Under the pieces are notes generated by a model, which saw nothing but the letters and a program-made list of their open reading frames with translations, was not told the origin of the DNA and made no database searches. The translations under genes and the position numbers were made by a program. A stretch of 56,807 nt of DNA, counting the filler, from Catajapyx aquilonaris (taxonomy: Eukaryota), in the NCBI GenBank assembly GCA_000934665.2. It is 2 parts of 2 records of this genome, joined end to end, with 100 filler letters (N's around TTAATTAATTAA, not from the genome) between each part and the next. Parts side by side here need not be neighbours in the genome. Positions count along the whole stretch, not along the records: positions 28,660 to 56,807 come from JYFJ02004959.1; 1 more part is not named here. One strand, given 5' to 3'. Of this stretch, positions 52,937 through 56,807 are shown in pieces (the first letter of the stretch is position 1; the number at the start of each line of letters is the position of its first letter).

Positions 52937-53110
52937 CAGGAGTTCTTAATCTTTTCGGGCCTCTGCACCCCTTTGAAGACAGTTGGTCCTTGTCGCACCC
53001 CCTATACCAGGGGTGATTGATTATTAAGTTCATAGTTAGACTAAGTCCAGAGGTGCACCTTGCTCGCATGGACAGGGAAGCCACCTCGCACCCCAGGTTA
53101 AGAACCGCTG
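52937..53110. mobile_element. hAT-like MITE
   Basis: Termini CAGGAGTTCTTAA...TTAAGAACCGCTG; the 8-bp duplication is not preserved. Confidence 0.5.
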
Positions 53111-53162
53111 ATAATGTGTAAATGATAAGCACTGTAATATAAGCCATATAATTATTATGATC

Positions 53163-53518
53163 GGGGAGGCACGGTGGCCGAGATGGTAACGTCTCGGCTT
53201 GCTATGCGAAAGGTCCCGGGTTCAAATTCCTACCCGGGAGCAAACCTTTCGCTTGTGTCATTGGGTCGTGACTCGTGACCCATGCCTAAGGAGGCGTCTT
53301 GGCAACTTGACCTCCTGGGGGACTGCACCTGGCCCCACCGTTGGACAATGCACCTGCACTTGTGTCCCCTCCCCAAATCCCCTCCCTTACCCAATTTCCT
53401 AGTATTCCTTGCACCGGAGATCGAAGAAAAAACCATTAGAAAGACTGAATGGTGGTAGACCACCCCCCTATAACGACCAAGAGGTTGTATCACGGGGTAA
53501 ATGAAAAATAAATAAATG
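53163..53518 (+). mobile_element. tRNA-derived SINE, family A
   Basis: A box TGGCCGAGATGG, B box GGTTCAAATTCC, A-rich tail, 13-bp duplication AATTATTATGATC (53150-53162 / 53519-53531). Confidence 0.9.
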
Positions 53519-54377
53519 AATTATTATGATCAATGTAAAAATAACAATGTCTTTTTTGGCAATGAAGGGGTATTTTTCTCTTCATTACTGTTCTTGAGTC
53601 CTCCGAGACACAGGGGTCTCGATTAAGTTTTACTGTAGTAAATAGGTGTATGTAGACATTTAAGAGTGCTCAGGGGAGTGAAAGTTTTGGGAGTAAAAGA
53701 CATGTGATAGCAAAAACAAGGCTTTTTTATAGATTTCCTCCAAAAGTGCATTCTCCTGAAGTATATTTCTTAGTGCTATAAAGAAATAAAGGGATTGTAA
53801 TAATTATAATCTCAAATGGACAAATTAATATTGAAATATTGCAATGTATTCAAACCAATTTCGTTAGAAGTTGTGACAGAAAAAAACAAAGTTTACCTTT
53901 TGCTTCAGGGACATGCTGCATCATAGTGAAAAGTTTCATTGGCGAATTAGATCCCACTCATGTTGTCCTCTCATGCCTTTGGTGCTGCAGCGAAAATTAA
54001 TATCCACTGCTGACATGGCCTTCTCTATGCTATCATAGCATAGAGATAGCCCTGTGTCATGCTGTTTCATTTTGGTTGAAACAGAGAGCAAGTATCACTA
54101 GCTACAGTGTCACTAGCCCAGCAACAATGGAGGCATTCATTTCCTAAGAAAAGGTGAATTCTCAATAGCACTTCCCATATATAACGAATTCCCGCTTATA
54201 ATGTTACTTTGGGTCGGTCCCTTGAATAAGAGTGTTATATCGAGGTTTTACTGTAATGAGAGAATTTTTTCTTCATTTGAACAGGCCTTGAATTGTAGTG
54301 TTGGTGTTTATTAGAGTAAGTTTCTTTAATATTTGTTAGTCCGAGTGCTTTTATTAAAATCCTTGATAAAGTACTTT

Positions 54378-55142
54378 TATTATCATATGTCAAGCCATTT
54401 AAAAAATAACACACTCCTAATCTTGCCTGCTTGAATAAGTAAATTGCACGTAAATTTTATCTTCAATAGCATCTCTGTACAGCTGGGGATGGCGCAGAAA
54501 AGAAGGCCGCACGGCCCCAGAGGGTTCGCATAGAGTATTGTGAAGACAGCTGCACCTCATCAGCCACCGGAAGTATTAGTGGAACTGTGTCGAAAGACCC
54601 TGAGCTTCTGAAGAAGCGCGCACAAAGATTCGGATCCATCAGCTCAAAATATCTGATGGTGGTACGTACATGAACTATAGTGGATGAAATGTTGGGAGAG
54701 ATTAATATTTTTGCAAGATGGTAAAGACTTCATTGGAACATCAATAATGCCTCAACTCCAAGCTTATATTATCATATGTCAAGCCATTTAAAAAAATTGC
54801 ACACTCTGCTTGAATAAGGAAATTGCATGTAAATTTTATCTTCAATAGCCTCTCCGCACAGCAGTAGATGGAGCAGAAAAGAAGGCCGCACGGGCCCAGC
54901 ACATTCCTGTAACGTCACCAGGAAACTGTTGCACCTATGCAACCACAGGAAGCATTGGTGGAACTGTGCCAAAAGACCCTGAGCTTCTGAAGAAGCGCGC
55001 ATTCCGATTTGGAACCATGTGCTCGAAAGATCTAATTGTGGTACGTACATGAACTATAGTGGATGAAATGTTGGGAGAGATTAATATTTTTGCAAGATGC
55101 CAAAGACTTCATTGGAACATCAATAATTCCTCAACTCCAAGC
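54378..55142 (+). repeat. Tandem duplication, two units of ~380-390 bp, each carrying an exon and its intron flanks
   Basis: Units start TATTATCATATGTCAAGCCATTTAAAAAA (~54378 and ~54767) and end CCTCAACTCCAAGC (54763 and 55142). Confidence 0.92.
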
Positions 55143-55393
55143 ATTACACAATACACATGTCTTCCTTGGAGCACAGATACCTTGTCCATTACACTTGTTA
55201 GAGCCAGGCAACATGAATATCCTTCATCATTTTGACCACTAGGGGACCCTGCACATATCATGAGTTCCTTCTCAGTAATGCTTACGAAAATTTAACATTT
55301 TCACAGCTGAAGGAGGAAGAGGAACTGCAAAAGTGGCGAGAACATTTTGACCGATGGGAGAAGGAGATGACATCCAAGAAGTCTCTAGAGTAG
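54470..55393 (+). CDS. Divergent SARNP/CIP29/Tho1-like gene fragment (C-terminal RFG-repeat region); may be a pseudogene
   Basis: Phase-0 GT-AG exons 54470-54661 (..EKKAARPQR..DPELLKKRAQRFGSISSK), 54849-55040 (..EKKAARAQ..DPELLKKRAFRFGTMCSK) and 55307-55393 (LKEEEELQKWREHF..stop). These are colinear with the SARNP pattern KKAARAARFG..DKLKERAQRFG..EDDEKLKKRKERFG. No SAP-domain exon or start codon was found. Confidence 0.65.
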
Positions 55394-55656
55394 GGTGGTA
55401 GAAAAGGGTAGGGGACACGGGACAGGGAGATGGAGGCCCGGAGGGGATGGTTGATGACGAGGTTTACGGTGACTTGCTGGGTGCGGGGGTGCGAGGAGCG
55501 GGATGGGACAGAAAAAGAATTTCACATGTATTCACTTTGCATTGCCCCCTCCCCGCCTAATTGGTCAGAGAAGGTTCACATTGTTGACATTGTCCTTCTT
55601 TCATTAAGACAGGCATTTAAACCACTAATAGCCTACATCAAACATGCAGCTTTGTA

Positions 55657-56101
55657 CAGTTGAATCCGGATATAACAGACTTCAAGGGGCCGTGGAGAAA
55701 AGTGTTATAACCGAGGTCTGTTATAGTCAAATTGCAGCTTTTGGAACGAATACAAAAAGTTTTCTGCTTTTCATATGTCTATAATGCACACTAGGTACTG
55801 CTAGTTGATTAATGAAATCCATAAAAAATGTAATATTAGCTCACCCGAAAATTATGCAAAAAAAAAAAGAAGAAAAAAAAAAGAAATTTTCTTCTGCCGT
55901 TTTTTTTTTTTGCCAATTTTATACCAGAAAAGGGACATTTTACTATCCCCGAGGGGCCGAGAAATGGTATGTTATACCCTAGGTGAGGTGAAAATGAGTC
56001 TGTTATGTCAGGAATAAAAATACACAAGGACTTATAACAGTGTGCCAAGACCAACTTTTCGAGTCTGTTGTAACAGAGGCGGTTATATCCGGATTCAACT
56101 G
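55657..56101. mobile_element. Tigger/pogo-type MITE
   Basis: TA|CAGTTGAATCCGGATATAAC...GTTATATCCGGATTCAACTG (20-bp perfect TIR); the right flank is CA rather than TA. Confidence 0.85.
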
Positions 56102-56807
56102 CATTAACCCATTGTTCCCAAGGTTGATCTACTTATGATATTTTAATAATATTCTCAGAATAAGAGGATAATAAGTGAAATACGCAGAAGCTAGAAAGGT
56201 CTCCCTTGCATTTTTCATCATCGTAGTCTCGGCTAGGAGAGTAAACTCTTGCGCAGGCCAATTCTATCATAGAGAAACAAGAACCACAAAATTCCATATG
56301 CACTTGACTGCCGATTATCCAGGTGCGGATTATCCGCGGTGCAGGTTATCTGTGCATCGCCAAAAACAAAGGTTAGAATCAGGGCTGCAAAAGGAAACTA
56401 AACTGAAAGAACCGTATGTCCTGCGTTTCTGTTAACAGAAACGATTCTGGAACCGAAACTAAATGCAGGAACAAAATGCTGGAAACGAAAGTCAAGGAAA
56501 CAATAAAACTTCGGGTTCTCGGAACGAAACAATTCGGGAATCGAAAGTGATTTAGGTAACCGAACCGATTTGGTTTCGTTTCCTGTGACATGAGCTATGA
56601 CGTAGCTGTAACCAGCGTGTCGTTCCATTACGGCCGCCGGGCCGCGTTGGGACGTACCGGTACCTGCGGTGTTGGCTGCCCGTGGTGAAGGAAGCCGACT
56701 TGCGACTCATGCTCGTGTTCTGGCCATGTTATTTATTTCCGTTCTCCTAACGTGTCACGGGCTTCACTGTTCGGAGTTCGGACGGGTTTGTGCCATGGAG
56801 GCAGTGG

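Noticed and set aside
53163..53237. tRNA-like heads here and at 12720-12795, 30724, 31637, 50414 and 51857 as tRNA genes
   Set aside because: Each continues into a SINE body and tail, most with a recognisable target-site duplication.

Overview
Eukaryotic (invertebrate, probably arthropod) genomic DNA with spliced genes and many transposon fossils; no prokaryote-type systems are visible. From left to right: (1) a complete 12-coding-exon anoctamin-10/TMEM16K-like gene on + (4129-7040); (2) a heavily decayed antisense BEL/Pao LTR retrotransposon (~7.5-12.1 kb); (3) a transposon-poor ~8 kb stretch, then a five-finger C2H2 zinc-finger gene on - (24596-25909); (4) an artificial 100-nt assembly linker (N44-TTAATTAATTAA-N44, 28560-28659), so the two halves may not be true neighbours; (5) nested MITEs and SINEs (28.7-33.5 kb); (6) four minus-strand exons of a klarsicht-like gene (34.1-36.8 kb) with a transposon-poor upstream region rich in nuclear-receptor half-sites; (7) a MITE/SINE-dense block (45-56 kb). 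That last block holds the most unusual item: a divergent SARNP/Tho1-like gene fragment whose 192-nt exon is tandemly duplicated. The two exon copies differ at about 25% of nucleotides while their downstream intron flanks differ at about 3%. All gene models, family calls and counts were made by eye, without database searches.
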